Assembly (NCBI GenBank): GCA_051294905.1 | Contig: CM119384.1 | Location: forward strand, 4,960,001-5,024,000 | DNA length: 64,000 bases | Reading direction: 5' to 3' | Source: Botryllus schlosseri | Lineage: Eukaryota | In this document: positions 20,499-34,800 of the stretch, in pieces | Layout: each line of letters opens with the position of its first letter | How positions within the stretch are numbered: position 1 is the first letter of the stretch | Position numbers and translations under genes: made by a program | The notes under the pieces: generated by a model | Told to the model about the DNA's origin: nothing | Seen by the model: the letters and a program-made list of their open reading frames with translations, nothing else | The model's database searches: none

Positions 20499-22405
20499 AT
20501 GGCTACAGAAATAGAGGAGAATGACGCGCAACCTGAAAACACGTACATGATTCGGCCGAATTTTCATCACAAGTATGTCTAATTGTTTATACGTCTGATA
20601 TCACCGTAATCTTATACCTTGATTGATGTAAATATCATATTTGTATACTACAGTATTGGTACCGTACTATATATGATTGATTGATATTCTTCGTGTTTAA
20701 GCTTTGTAGTACTGCAAATTTTATGTGTACGCAAAACACGGATTGTGACATATACTAAACCCCTTAATGCGACACTTTGATTCAATGATATTCTATACAT
20801 ATTTTTATTTTTCAACTAATTAGGTTCAAACCTGCCGATGTGAAGCAAGTGCTTCATGAGGTTTTAAAAGAGGAACTAGACGGAAAAGATTACGATGAAG
20901 AACAAATCGCTGAATGGACGCAGAATATAGGCAACAAAACTAAAAAGCGATTGAAAGGTATTATATTGTTTGCAGTTGATTTGTTGATAACTTTTCGTAG
21001 TTTCAAAACATAAAATTAGGTATATCGGATATGAAGGACTCTAAACTACTTGTTGAAGCTTATTGATCATGTATTCTATTCTTTAATTTCACCACAATAC
21101 ATTAAAGTGTGATCCTAAATGATGTGCGCACAACGTGAATGGGCAACAATTAAGTAACAAACTAACTAACTAACCTGCCCAATTCCTACATATGATTTAT
21201 AAGAAATCATCTATGTTGATAAATATTGATCATGATCACATTCAGATATTTGAATAACATATTCATATTGAAATAAACCCTATGATTCCGGCTGACACTC
21301 GTCGGGGGTAATCGTCAGCAACAAGCAGAGAATGAGAAAGAACATCGTATCTCCAAATATGACGTCACCGCCTCACCGGCACAAATTGTGTCAGCCGAAA
21401 ATGTTCGGGTTTATTTCAATATGAATATTATTAAAGTGTATATTGATTATTGAAGTTCTGTACCTCCAAGAAGCTGTTCAGAGATTTCTTCTTTTACGAC
21501 TAAATAGGCCTACATGTTCTTCCATATTCATCATTATCTACTGGACAGTGGACAAGGCCAGTGTTTGGTTCATAGATTTCAACAAACCACTTGCTATTTT
21601 CCCATTTTATCGAAATTCCAGTAGTAGTATTTCAAACTAGTTGGATTTGCTAATAAGCGATTGATTAGTCCTACATTATGGTGGTTCGGTTTTTTTGGAA
21701 AACCCTGATTCCACCGCTGTTTTATCAATTTTCTCTATTATATCTTAATGTTTGGAATTTTTCGTCAGGCATGGGATACGACAGATACAAATTTGTGGTT
21801 CAAGTTATCATCGGCGAACAAAGAGGACAAGGTGTCCGTATGGGATGTAGATGTTTCTGGGACTTTGATACCGACAACTATACGCAAGATGTATACATGA
21901 ATGTGAGTAGGCCTACCATATTTCAACTTTTTGTAGGCTGAGCCCGGTAGACCACAAAATAGCTTGTAAATTGCTAAAACTCACGCTTTATCAATTGAAC
22001 TCAAAATTATCGTTGACTTTTAGTGATTGAATAAGCACCTTTCGCAAAAAACGCTTCAGTTTGGGCCATCTGCTGCCAGCAATTCAATCAAAGTACTGAG
22101 GGCAATTTCTGGCTAATAATGTACAGCTATTCTGGCACTGCAGCACGCCGCAATTGAATATCCATCATGTTAATATTGGCAAAAGTATCTTTTCATTTTA
22201 TCGCAATCTTCGAGTTTTTTGATCTGACGAATATTTCAATAAAATGACTGATTCATCCAACATATTTGAGGTGTCAAAGCAGTCAGGAATTGCTGATAAC
22301 CTGACCAAGCTAGAATGATAGTGATGATCGTCTATGAACTTGAATTTATTTTTGCAGAAAACCCTGTTTTGTGTAGCTGCTGCGTACGGAGTGTTCTTCT
22401 ACTGA
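20499..22405 (+). CDS. TCTEX1D2: Tctex1 domain-containing protein 2 / dynein light chain Tctex-type 2B (129 aa, 4 coding exons)
   Basis: Exons 20499-20572, 20824-20957, 21769-21902 and 22358-22405, GT-AG and phase-consistent. Protein: ENTYMIRPNF...FKPADVKQVLHEVLKEEL...GYDRYKFVVQVIIGEQRGQGVRMGCRCFWDFDTDNYTQDVYMNKTLFCVAAAYGVFFY. Confidence 0.93.
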
Positions 22406-22883
22406 CTGCGCTTGGAATTAATACAGATTTTGCACACGATTTACGCCAGTATTTTGAAGCTTCATTCCTAACCCCTCTTTGAAAATATATTGTTATCCGA
22501 TGAACAACACGGTCGTTTATTCGAAAAGGATCATAAAAATCAGAAACAAAAAGGTATTTTGTAGAAACGATAGTCAATCCGTAGGATGGATTAAAAGGAA
22601 AAGTAACGCAATTGCAACGTAGCGAGTGAAAAATACAACGACGGCATCATGATTCGAAGACTCCCTCCAGTGAAAGAACTGGTTCAAAACGTCACGGTAG
22701 CGCGTAGCATATCACCGACACCTAGGCGTACGCCGGTATCCCGTTTCGCCACAAATCAGACTCAAAATAGTCGAAGCAAAGCCCCGACCATGTATCACGC
22801 TCGATGAAAAGCGAATAATCCCGAAATGCACAAACAGAAAGCGGGCGTACAGAATTCAGATAGCTGAAACCAAATCGCAGCTA

Positions 22884-25800
22884 TTACGACACCTCCGGCT
22901 CTTTCGTGTCAACTGATGCGATATGGTGTTGTGTGTCGTCAGCAGTGGTTGTGTTTTCGATCGGTACTTCGTCGGCTGATTTGTGATCAACCGCGCTCGA
23001 CGTTGATTTAGTGTGCGCCTCCTGCCCCGCACCGTAGGGATCACCAAACAGTGGTATTCTGACAGTTTCGCATCCCATTGACGCCATCAAGTCTTGGTCG
23101 ATAGCCACGATTTCGACGACGGCTCCTGATGTGTCTGGCTTGCACTTTGATTCTTCATACAATGTACGCTGAACCTAAAATGTTTTTGTTGCTTATAAGT
23201 CTGCCTCTTTCATAGACAGTGGAAAGGTTGAATGCTACTCTGCGTCAGTTTTAAAAAAGGTGGGCAGTCAACATTTTTTGGCGCACGGGAATAGGTTTTG
23301 TCCACCAGTTCTGCTCATGGTATGCATATGTGTAGCACGAGTCGGTGTATAGGTCACAAAAATAATAAGGACAGAAATATATAACGTCCTACTCCTATTC
23401 TTGATACCTATTCTGCTAATTCGAGTGGTTATAATTTTGAAAGTACTTCGCTTATTAGACTTTTTACAGTTTATGCCTTGGATTTTTACAAGTAGAAAGT
23501 AAAGGCATTTTTACAAGTACAAAGTAGTTTTGAGTCTTTTTGCATCATCACCTTTGAGTGAAATTGTCATAATGATTGGGCAAAATAGCACCTGCGCATG
23601 GCAATTTCATTAGTAAAAAAGTATGCCGCCCCTTGACCAAATCTTTCAAGACCTTCATTTACTACTTCCCTTCGCGCTGTTCTCTCACGATATAGAAATC
23701 GTGAATGAAATTCGATTCTATAAATGTCATTTTTAGCTGAAAGGAATAATCCCATCTAGTTGTCTGACACTTTCGATACTGAGCAGTGAAAATAATGACT
23801 TGGACTCGAACCCGAGTCAAAACACTATGACTCGGACTCGGCCCTCTACCAGCTAACTTGACTCGGTGGTGAATTTAAAATGACTCCAGTCAAAACTATA
23901 AGAAGGAGGCGAGTTGTGACCTCGTGACTTGGTTACAAGCCAGCATTAGACAGAGATGAGTCGATATATCCAGATCCAAACTCCATATCATAGTAAATAG
24001 TCTACATTATTCAGTTCCATCTCAAATTCGTACAAAGTGACACGCAAATTCAACTGAAATACAGAATCAAATGTTCAAATGCAACTGTATCTGCCACGTT
24101 TCCAGTTATTATACAAGACATACCGCGATATGCGACCATGCAAACAAGTCACACTGGCATTTACCTTATCTGCACGAACTTGCTCCAGAAATTTGTCGGT
24201 CGGCATGGTGATAATTCGGATTTTTGTATCGTGTCGATTTTGCCTGCACTTGGTACTGTTCAGATAGTCGTCCAATAAGCAGTAATTGGTCCACCTGTTG
24301 AAAACACGGTACTGAGTACAATACTGATAAATATTTTTGTTGCTGTCTCGTCTATGCTTGTGTGAAGATTATAATGCGAGTGATTTTGTTCGTCATTTCC
24401 AGTAATTCTTGCGCATCCCCGACACGTATATTTAGACGTAAGGGCAACAATGCAAGTCCGTAGAGTCTATGGTTCGATAGCGACGAGAAATTCAACAACG
24501 TACATCATCCCAGCAACACTGATAAATATGGCGCACTGTTTTTAGGTTGCAGAGATCATCAAAATTTCGGCTTAATACATGACACCAATTTTGCAGGAAT
24601 TCCATATTTAAAAAAAAACTTTATACATCAGTCCCATTAACATTAGAATTCACACAGCACACTCATTTCGACTCACCGATGCTCATCGTCCGGCCGTAGC
24701 AGATACGTCGTGAAAGGTAGTTTGTCGTGGAGTTCGAATTCGATCGTTAGATCTTCGCTTTCTGGCGCAAAATCCAAGGTGCTGTAGTGGTGACTTTTGC
24801 GGCGATCTGAAAAGGAGACGGACACACGTCACAGTGGAAATAAGTCATATAGAAAACCTACTGGTTTAATCTTACCGAAGATTTCGGAGCACGGAAATTT
24901 CCATTCGACCCTATCCTCGTCTGACGGAATAGGTTCTTTAAGCTCCTGTAGGTAGGCTGGAAAGAAAAGAAGTCGATTGCGACATACTAATCATATTCAG
25001 GCATCACCGACAAGAGATAGGACCCCAGATTATTTCATTCAAATTAAAACCATGTACTTTCAGATTCATGCCACTTGTTTGTTTTCAGTTCGTGAGTCGT
25101 AGGTTATGATCAGTGGGGTATCCAGGATTTTACAGGTTCAGAACCCAATTTTTCTAAATCCTAAAATCCCTGTCAAATGTGGCCTGTCATCAATTCTATT
25201 CGGTAGTCTTGCCTTTGAGTCATTTAAGTCTCAAAAAACTTCAAAATGTCGGAACTGCGGGAAAATGATTTTAGTTGATGGGAAACGATCCATAACGCCA
25301 CTCTACTTCGCTGATTTCGAGAAAAATCAACTTTTTCACTCATTTCATCTCTAAAACTGGAGAGCCATTTCAAGATCTACATCCGACTGATTATTCGCTG
25401 CCAAGTTTGTATAATCGCAAAAACAAAGTTTCCGTCATGATGTTAACACAGCGTGTCTTCGCCGGGCTTATTTCGTACGTAAATTCATAACGCTTACCTC
25501 GCATGAAGTTTCCCATCTTCTCGCTACGTATCATGTTCATGACGGCTCTGCCTGAAAACTTGCTGAGCATCGGGTCGGCGCCGCAGGCGAGAACCAGCCT
25601 CGCCATTTCCAGATGGTCGTACTCCACGGCGTCGTGAAACGGCCTGTAACGCAAAAAATCTCGGTTTGAATTTCACGAGTGAAAGAGTGTTTGTTTTTGC
25701 GATAACAATGATGCACAGACATAATGCAGAGACTGCTTTTACCATTGCCTGGCGCTAGTGGACGATTCTCCCCATGGAACAGTGGTAAACCTATAGGTGG

Positions 25801-28800
25801 AGTACTTTCTGCCTTTCACCTCCACTTTTTTAACTTACTCAACCAGATTCTGAAGATCCTATTGGGGTTGCAGGACTTCAATATACAATTGTATAATATC
25901 TTCATACCAAAATATACCGAGTATTTTCGGCTGACAATCACATTTTTTTTACTACCACTTCATTTTTTAAGGAAAACTAGGCCAAGAATACTTGTTTACT
26001 TGACTTATTCTTGAAAATCGCTACTTCTACTTCAGACCAATGATTCACCTCTAGACTCGCATGCCTTCGCGACGTTTATCACAATTACCTTGTCCCGTCG
26101 GCCGCGTGTTTATTGACATCAGCACCGTATTCCAACAGCAGCGTCGCCGCTTCTAAATTATTATGCACGCACGCCTTGTGTAGAGCCGTGTATCCCGCAT
26201 TGTCGCACTGGTTGACGCTGGCCCCGGTCTCCAAGTACCACTGAACGTTTTCCTGAAAAAAAAATTCGTATTTCATGCAAGTATTTAAAGCTGGTTTGCC
26301 AGAAGTGAACACTCACCACGTAGCCGAGACGTGCTGCTTTGTGTAGGGATGTCTCGCCGATTGCGCTATTGCACGACAACTTTTTCATATCTGAAATCGA
26401 GTACTGTGATTAATAAACGCACTAATGACTGCTGAGCACATTGATTCTCGAGTACTGAATTTATACGCTCCTAGTTGCTCCTAGTTTTGTTACAATTTCC
26501 ATTGGGAAGCCTTCAGACAGCACAAGATTTGAACTATACGGTCTACATGGGCCCAAACCCACTCTGCAAATTCGTTTTCTCACAAAAGCAATTGGAGCAC
26601 CTCCAAAAAACGACTTTTCACCGGACCAAATCAAGTACCGATATGCAAAAATCTGCATTTCTGGACACTAACAAAGCTGGTCAAGTACGCCAAGTACATA
26701 AATCCATTCGAGCACTCGGGAAAAGCAGACATCCTTTATCTGTAAAAGTACACTTAATTCGTTGCTAACGACCTCTGGCTTTTAGGAGGTTGTTAAGGCA
26801 TGTCAAGCTCGATAAGGGGGCAATGACTCAAAACATTGCCATATTGACAAAACACCACTACTACTTTGTTTAGGAAATGTAAAATTACTCAAAATTGCAA
26901 TTTTGCGACGACTCAAACGCACTCAGATTAAATTGGAAAGTGAAGATGACCGATTGACCATATATATTGTTGAATAATATAACATATATTCATACTGAAA
27001 CCCGAATATTTTTGGCCCCACACTATCACACTATATTGCTGTTTGCTGATATGCATAAACTCGGAGTAACATACTTGGAGGGAACGGCGACTGAGCCATT
27101 GACGAAATTGGAGTTTGAGGCTTTGTAAACAGATCGTCGGCACATGATTTCGCGTCGGGCTGCTCCGACAAATGCCCGTCTTCTTGCGTGGACTCGTTGG
27201 CGCCGTCGGAAGGTTTGCTCTGCCACGACACGTCTTTCGGATTGAATTCGTACTCCTGGTTTTGCAGCTCCAGGCTGATTTCGTGAATCTGGGCGGAGAC
27301 AGACGGGAATACGTGAACGCAAACTACAGTGTGTGATTCCAGTGTGCGTATAAAGAAAGAATTTAAAAATAATAACATCAATAAAGTCGCAAACTCTGCC
27401 TTTGAATTATTAAATAGTTCGTTAGTACAAAAAAAATGATAACACAAAAGACCAGCAGGAAATGACACATGCGGCATATCTCTTGATTGAAGACTTGGCA
27501 ATTGGCAAATACACAGTGGGGCGTTTGATTTGTTAACCCCTGAATACTTATCAACAATTGAACTTAGTAAAGAGATATATACCAATTCTACCGTTTCGCT
27601 ATCTCGTCGCGGACGAGGTATATACTCACATTGCGAGTTCTTGCGCTGACGCACCGCGTAGGCGTTACTGTGTTGGAGTGACTCTCCTGCAAATGCAAGT
27701 TGAAGTTGAAGTATTATTGAAAACTAGTCCGGTCACAAAAAGTGCTCGGGCGTCAAAATACAAATCTACCAACCGGCAAAACCCCGAGTTGTTTCAGTCG
27801 TTTTTGCTTCTTTTCGAGTCTTCTTGAATTGTCATACTTTCGCTTCAACTTTTGATGGCTGTCGCTAGAAGAAAACCCAAAATTTTGAAAATCACAAGCT
27901 GCCAAATCAAATACAGTACAGGCGGGCTGTGGGTAAATTTTGACTTGAATCGAAATATATTATCGGCTGTCGTCGAACAAACTCAATATCTGGACACGGC
28001 TCGAATCTGAGCTCTTTGAAAAATTCATAAGATTCATATTCAAACTTTTGGATCACCGATGCGGACTGTAAATTACCTTTTCAACAAAAATTACGTTACA
28101 CTCATTCTGAATCAATACATGATAAATGATTTGCCAAATTATTTTTCGAATTCATATCCAAATTTGAATTTTCGGAATTGCAATGCGTTCTCTCGTAATT
28201 TTCAAAGCAATACGTTAAACTCGTTTCGGATCATTATACGAGAAACGGATTTGCCAAAATTTTTTACAGATTCATATGCAAATCTAAATTTCCGGAATTC
28301 CAACGCATTCTCTCGTAATTTTCAGAGTATTACGCTAAACTCGTTTCGTATCAATATATGATAAATGATTCGCCAAAATTTCGTTCAGATTCATATGCAA
28401 ATTTAAATTTTGCGGAATCCCGACACAATTTTCAATAAATGACGATCAATTCTCGTTTTGGCAAAAAAAAATTTCAGGCCACATTCACATTCTAATTCAA
28501 ATTTTCGGTGAAGACACTTCAGATTATTACCAAAAAAGACGTTCAACCCATTTTGGATCGATATTTTCAAAAAATCAATTCAATCCAAAACTTCACAGCA
28601 GTCAACCACAATTACGACAGACTCACCTGTCTTTATCTAATCTCGTACTGGTAGGGGTGGAAGTGATAGGCGCCGGTAAAACCAAATTGCTCCCATCGAC
28701 CGGGGCCGGGGCCTTCATCCTGAGCCCGCGACGCCCCCTCTTCCTCCTCCCAAACCTTTTCAGCCCGTCCCCGGCACTCCTGTATTTCCGTCTCAATTTT

Positions 28801-31800
28801 GCCGCCGCCTTCGCCACGTGGTCCGCCATAGCGTCCCTGTCGTCCTGGGCCTGGTGTTTCCGCCACCCGGGCTTGCGGCCTGGCTTTTTTCGGAATTTGA
28901 CCGGGGCCTCGTGATTGGTTTTGTCGCGGTTTGGTTCAGCTGTCGGCTGGGACAGTGCAGAAGTGTCTGATTTGAGGTTGATGTTGTCGCATTGGGAAAT
29001 ATTTTCTTTTCCCGAAACGCGATCGATTTCCATTTGCTCTGCGAATGCGTCACTTGGGATTACGCTTGTGTCATGCTCGAACTGCCTCAAAGACTCATTT
29101 TCACTCGTTATTGACAGGTCGTCGGGTTTTTTGAAGGCGACGAGACCCACTCCGTCATTGGGTTTTTCTGAACAGATACAGTTCAAAGTATTAATTGAAG
29201 TTCGTTCATTTTGATGCAACGACGGGGGGGGGGGGGGGGAGGGTGCCAAAGACGGTCGGTAACGGAGCGCTTCTACTTTCTCTGAGCGCTCGAGTACGTT
29301 TTACGTACCTGCTCTGGCTACGATTTTAGCGTTTCTTCGATAAATATCAGAATATATTGTGTTTTGTGTTGGGGGTAGGCACATTAGGGTTGGAGTTAGG
29401 GATATTAGGGCTGGGGGACGTCAGATATTAGGGTATTAGATAACCCCAACCAGGGTCGCAACCAAGTCACAAGGCAAGTACCAGCACGACTACACGAAAT
29501 CCCAATGGTGTCGTTACTTTACTATTCTTCGAAAATTACAATGAATTACGAGTCATGTGAATTGGTTCGAGTCATGCGCAATGACTCGAGTCATTACAAC
29601 CCAGGCCCCAACCCTAATGTGCCTACCGCCAACACGAGACACAATAAATTGTGGCGTGGTGTTTATGGAAAGTATTCTTGGTTTCATGGGAATCACTGGT
29701 TTAATATGGGCCGTACATCGAAGATCTGTGATTTTTAACTTGTACTAGAAATTGTACTAGAAAATGGCTACTTCTACTCAAGTAGAAAAACATAACCGCC
29801 TGAATAAGCAGTGCATGACGTTAGCCCTAACGATTAGTCCGATAAAGTATTTGGTTGTATTAAGATAGTCATAAACATACATCTATGTTCAGTGTTCCCC
29901 TTTCTTTATTAAGCATACAAGAGGATGACTAGGATCTGTAGCGAGAGATGGTAAGGTTATCTACCAACCACCTTTGCTACAATATAATCTGGCTTATAAT
30001 TTCTGAAAAACTCACCAGTATCCGCAATATCACCGGGTGTAACCTGCTGCGCTCCCGACTGCAAACCATCGACAGGCGGCGCCCCCAAATCTCGCACCTC
30101 CTCGGTCTTACTTTTAAACCATTTCTCAGACTTTTTAACGTATTTCCTTCTCTTTTTCACCTCGCCCTCCTCCGTTTTCGATTTTCTCACCCGTTTCACC
30201 GGGTTACCGTACTCGTCCAGTTTTCTGTTGTATTTCCGCTTTTTCCGCGGCAGACCCAGATTCCCAGTCGTCGCGGAAACGTTAGAGTCGACTTGCTGGA
30301 CGGTGTCCACTACTGTCTGTCTCGTTATGCTTTCGGACAGAGACTTGACAGCGTCCCGGGCAGGGAAGGCGTCGATTTCGGCGCGTGTTTGAATTCCACC
30401 ATCCTGCCCTGCCGTAGATTCACGTCCACCTAACGATTCCGCCTGTTTATTTTCCATCTCACTCAATTCAAAATTGGTGTGGTTCGCGTGAGGCGCATCG
30501 CCTCGATCGTCTGATTTTGTAGTTTCCGGCGCAAAATTTTCGGGTAACGCTTGCGATTTCGCGTCGTTGGTTTCCGTGGCGATCTTTTTCCTGCGCCTCC
30601 TGCGTCGGGGTTGGGGCACGCCCGATTCGAATCGCTCGTCGCATTCGGAGTTGGGGTCGTCTTGCGAACGTGTGGAGTGGCGCGTTCTGCGTAGCGGTTT
30701 CGGGACTTCTGCGATGTAAAAACGACTGTTGATCTGCGTCTATTCTAGGTGCTCGCATTTGTACATTTTAGATCATATTGACCCAAAAATCTAGACATGT
30801 GTTCATTTGTAATTCCCATTGCAAATTTCAGAACGTCGATGAGCATAAAATTGAGACCACACAAGCAAAACACTGAAGATTGAAATAGCCTGTCGTAATA
30901 AGCAAATGACACTAGTTCTGGTAGAACTAATCTACAGTAGTTTACGAAAAACTCTCATCACTGCTGCTGCAGGGATGACAGAAATTCATTACAGTTGCTG
31001 TAGTTGAAGCAAGTAACAATACACAGCAATGTAAAAGCTCTTTTATTACATCACAGCCTAAATATCCACGGTGGTTCAATCCCTAAAGGCTGCATTTAGT
31101 AAACTTACCATTTATCTTGCTTGACTTATAAATTCTAAAATCGTTGCGAAAGAAAATTGTCAGAGTATCAGAAAAAGAGAGCCCCTGAGGGACTAGAAGT
31201 TCTGGCCGAAAAAAAAAAACGACACATTTTGACATAGCCGTCATCGATCAGGCTCTAGTAATCACTCCTACTCTGCTGCGAACGCGCATTCACCGGTCAC
31301 TTACGTCTCGTGATTCTCACTCTGTTATTAACGTTCGACGGGCAGTTGTAATCTTCGTCGCTGGAGTCGTCGTTTTCAGTTTCCTCGTCCGTAAACACGT
31401 AACCGTACAAATATTCCTCCATATCTGAACGGCAAAACGTTGGTTCGGTAAGGGCACGTAACAAAACAGAAATAGAATTACCAAGACCAGTCGATTTCCT
31501 TTGAGGTCTGGTCGTCTTCCCGGACACAGCGGCAGGGGCCTTGCTTTCGGGCAGCATGTCTAAACGGAGATTACATGTAATTGTTACAAGGCAAAAAAAT
31601 CTGGACAGGGCAGGTGGAAAGCAGAGTGTTAGGACAGTTGCCAGTGAATTCGTCACTTAGTGAGCTTGGCATTAGAAATATTGAGGTAACAAAGGTTATC
31701 ACCATGTTAAAAATCCAATACCGAGGCAGGGGCGTAAACGATTCATGTATAAAAAGTTTGACGGTCACTGCTTTCACAATTCTTACCTGTTTTAGACTCT

Positions 31801-34800
31801 GGCGTTTGGGTGACGTCATTCGGAACCTGCGAAAACACGTTCTCCTCCTGGCACGCGCTACTCATTTTTGACTTTCCCTTCCCTTTGGTATTCCAAATTT
31901 TGCTGCGTTTCACGTATCTTCTTTTCGCGCGGGCGCCTTCCGCTGTAGAGACGTCGGATACAATATCAGTGTCACAGCGTGTTTTCAATCGCCATTCGAC
32001 TGCATCGTGCCACTCTTAACTGGTATATTGTAAAGTGGATTTAGGCTAACTGGTATATTGTAAAGTGGATTTAGGCTATCTTCGACGACATCCAAATCTC
32101 AATGATCAGCATTGCCGGGAGTGTAGCTTTACAGAGTTTGAGCATTGTGACATCAGATTAGAGCCATAGGTTGTATTTGGGAACGAAAATTTTGCCCTTC
32201 CCGCAGTTGAGACGGACGCAATGTCACATAAACCTTTCTTTAAATCCGCCGTGCCAGAATTAACAGGGCCTGTCTTTTTTTTGAATAATGAAACAAAGAC
32301 ATTCGTGGAGGTAAATAAACTCAATATACAATCAAATAGTGTATTCATATTGAAATAAACCCAAATATTTTCGACTAACACTCGTCAGGGGTAATTTTAA
32401 GGGCAAGCAACTAGTAGAGACGTGAAAAGAACGTTGTGTATCAACAATCTTATCACCAAATATGACATCACCGGCATGAAAAGCTAGCACAACAAATGGC
32501 TTAAGGTCATGATGCAATATTTTTAGATAATACGCGAACTCCTTTTGCTGGCACAAACTAAACGTAAGATTCAGTATATTGAGAATGTGCGGGGTGGAAG
32601 ATGGAGTTAGAACCGGTCGATTGTAAACCAATTCCACCGGCCTTATTGATTCCCAACCGGGTACCAACTATCACGAGCGACCATGATGGCGTGCTTTCAA
32701 ATCAATATCTCCACTGCAAAGAAAAACTTACCTTTTGAAACAGGCGATTTTGGCCTGTGATTCTTCACCTCGTAATCACCCCCAGTAACTTCCATACCAG
32801 TCCGATTTTGCTCACACTGACCCAACTCGACCTGCCGAGCGTCAAGGTGGCGCGAATCAACCACAGCCCTACCAGAGTCAACCACAGGAGACGATAAATC
32901 ATCCACCTTCGGCAGTCCGTTGTCCAGGTCACAGAGTTGAACACCAGGATCACTAGGTAACCCTTCTGGGTTTCGTATTACTGAATTTCTCGACGCATCG
33001 TCAATCTTTACAGTGCCAACTCCCGATGGGTTGTAAGTTTCCAGTATCGGTCCTGGGGGGACGCACATAGGTTTCCTTTGCTCGGGTGGCAAAGATTTTC
33101 GAGCGTTATCAACGCCCACAAAGCCAGGGCACGGCTTCCCATCACGGGCCATGTCCATTACATGATTCTCAAAAGCTGACAGTTTGGATTGGTCACTTTT
33201 AGCCCACCCCTGATTCCGTTCGGCAGGCGGACGCGCATATCCCTCGATTGGGGCGGACCGCTTGGCTAACTCTGCCCCGCCTTCGTACTTACCCCCAGAC
33301 GCCTCCGGATAGTTAAACGTAATTTCAGACCGGTCATGTTGGACCACGTTTGTAAAAAACTGTGACGACGGGGACCCAGTTTTAGCACTCGGGACAAACG
33401 GTCTAGGCGGGGTGCCACGTTTGGCGGGGCTACCATAATAATGCTGAACCCCAGATTTACCCCGTTCTGTATTTTTTGCGGAAACATGGGTATCATTGAC
33501 ATTGATGCTTTCAAAGTGATTCGAATATGGTACTCCAAGTGGGGCTTGGTAAGGAGGTAAATTTGCATACGGTGACCCAGATTGGTGTGGGTAATGGTGC
33601 GATGATTTCGAATTTCTCCTCTTGTTTGTAGCAGGCCCAGTTAATGACCCTGACGGCGGTCGGGTTCCATTATCCTTAAAATTACTTCGAGAATGGTTGG
33701 GGTGAGAGTTACCCCTCACTTGAGAATTCTCAATTTGTCCGGCCCTGGGGTTATCTGGAGAGGCGGCACTGGTCAAGTCGATTATGGGGCTGGGGGCGTG
33801 CTTTACTCCGTTTGAGACCACGCCCCGCGAAATTTCACCTATGTTCACGGGGTAAGTTTTGTTCGGGACTGAATTAGTGCGGGGGTAACTGCCCCGGTAA
33901 GCCTCATCGCTTCTCTGATACCGCGACATCAGGTGGGCGTCCTGCATCGGGTTTGGCGAATACACCTGCTGGTATCTCTTGTTGTAAAACCCCAAATCGT
34001 CGGGATTCACGAGTTCGTACGGGGTCATTCGTGAGGTAGCCTGTCCCAATCCCGAGTACCCCGGTATGGCGTGCCGCGCTTGGTTGTACTGGTTGAAATC
34101 ATAGTGCTGGGCGTTGATCAGGTTGAACATGGTGTGGAACGCCGGGTCCAGCGGCGTCTGCGGGTAGAGCGAGTGCCTCGGCGGTAGAAATTGCTGCAGG
34201 CTGGTCATCTGTGAAGGGTGCGGTTGGAGGTGCGTCTAAAACGGATTGAGTTGATTGCAGTGGAAAAAAAGCCAACATGTGTTGCAAGGGTGACACAGGG
34301 GCGATCAGTAATGAATTACTTCTACTTCTGAGTAGCCCTGAAGTAGGTTTTGCCTGCTTGATCTACTCACTCAAGTTGTTATAAACTACTACTTCTACTA
34401 AATAGTTTACAAGTTTACTTGCTTGGATATTGCTACTTTAGCTTGTACCGAAGTACCGTACACATTTACGACTTCACTTCTACATGACTACCAATGTTTA
34501 CTACCTTGACCAGCTCCGTGAACAAGTCCAGAAATAACAAACGTCATTTCTAAACAGTTTTCAGTTTTCAACAGTGTTTAGTTTTCTGTGGGCAAAAACT
34601 AGGCCAAGATCACATACAATTTTACATGTATGAAAATAACTACTTCTACTTGTGCTCGAGTAGAAATTTACGGCATTACTTCTGCCTTTACGTGAGTAGC
34701 AACTAGCAATGGTGACTACTTTGGCCACCCCTGGGTGCAAAGTTCAGCAAATGCTGCAATTCAGAACGCAAAAATGAAACCACACGGAAGATTCACAAAA

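Noticed and set aside
27031-27654. 207-aa minus-strand ORF as a separate gene
   Set aside because: Only 27288-27075 is a BCOR exon; the rest is intron read-through.
29384-29432. Interstitial telomere
   Set aside because: Only four interrupted TTAGGG motifs, inside the arm of a small foldback element.
29948-30433. 161-aa plus-strand ORF
   Set aside because: It is the antisense shadow of a GC-rich BCOR exon.
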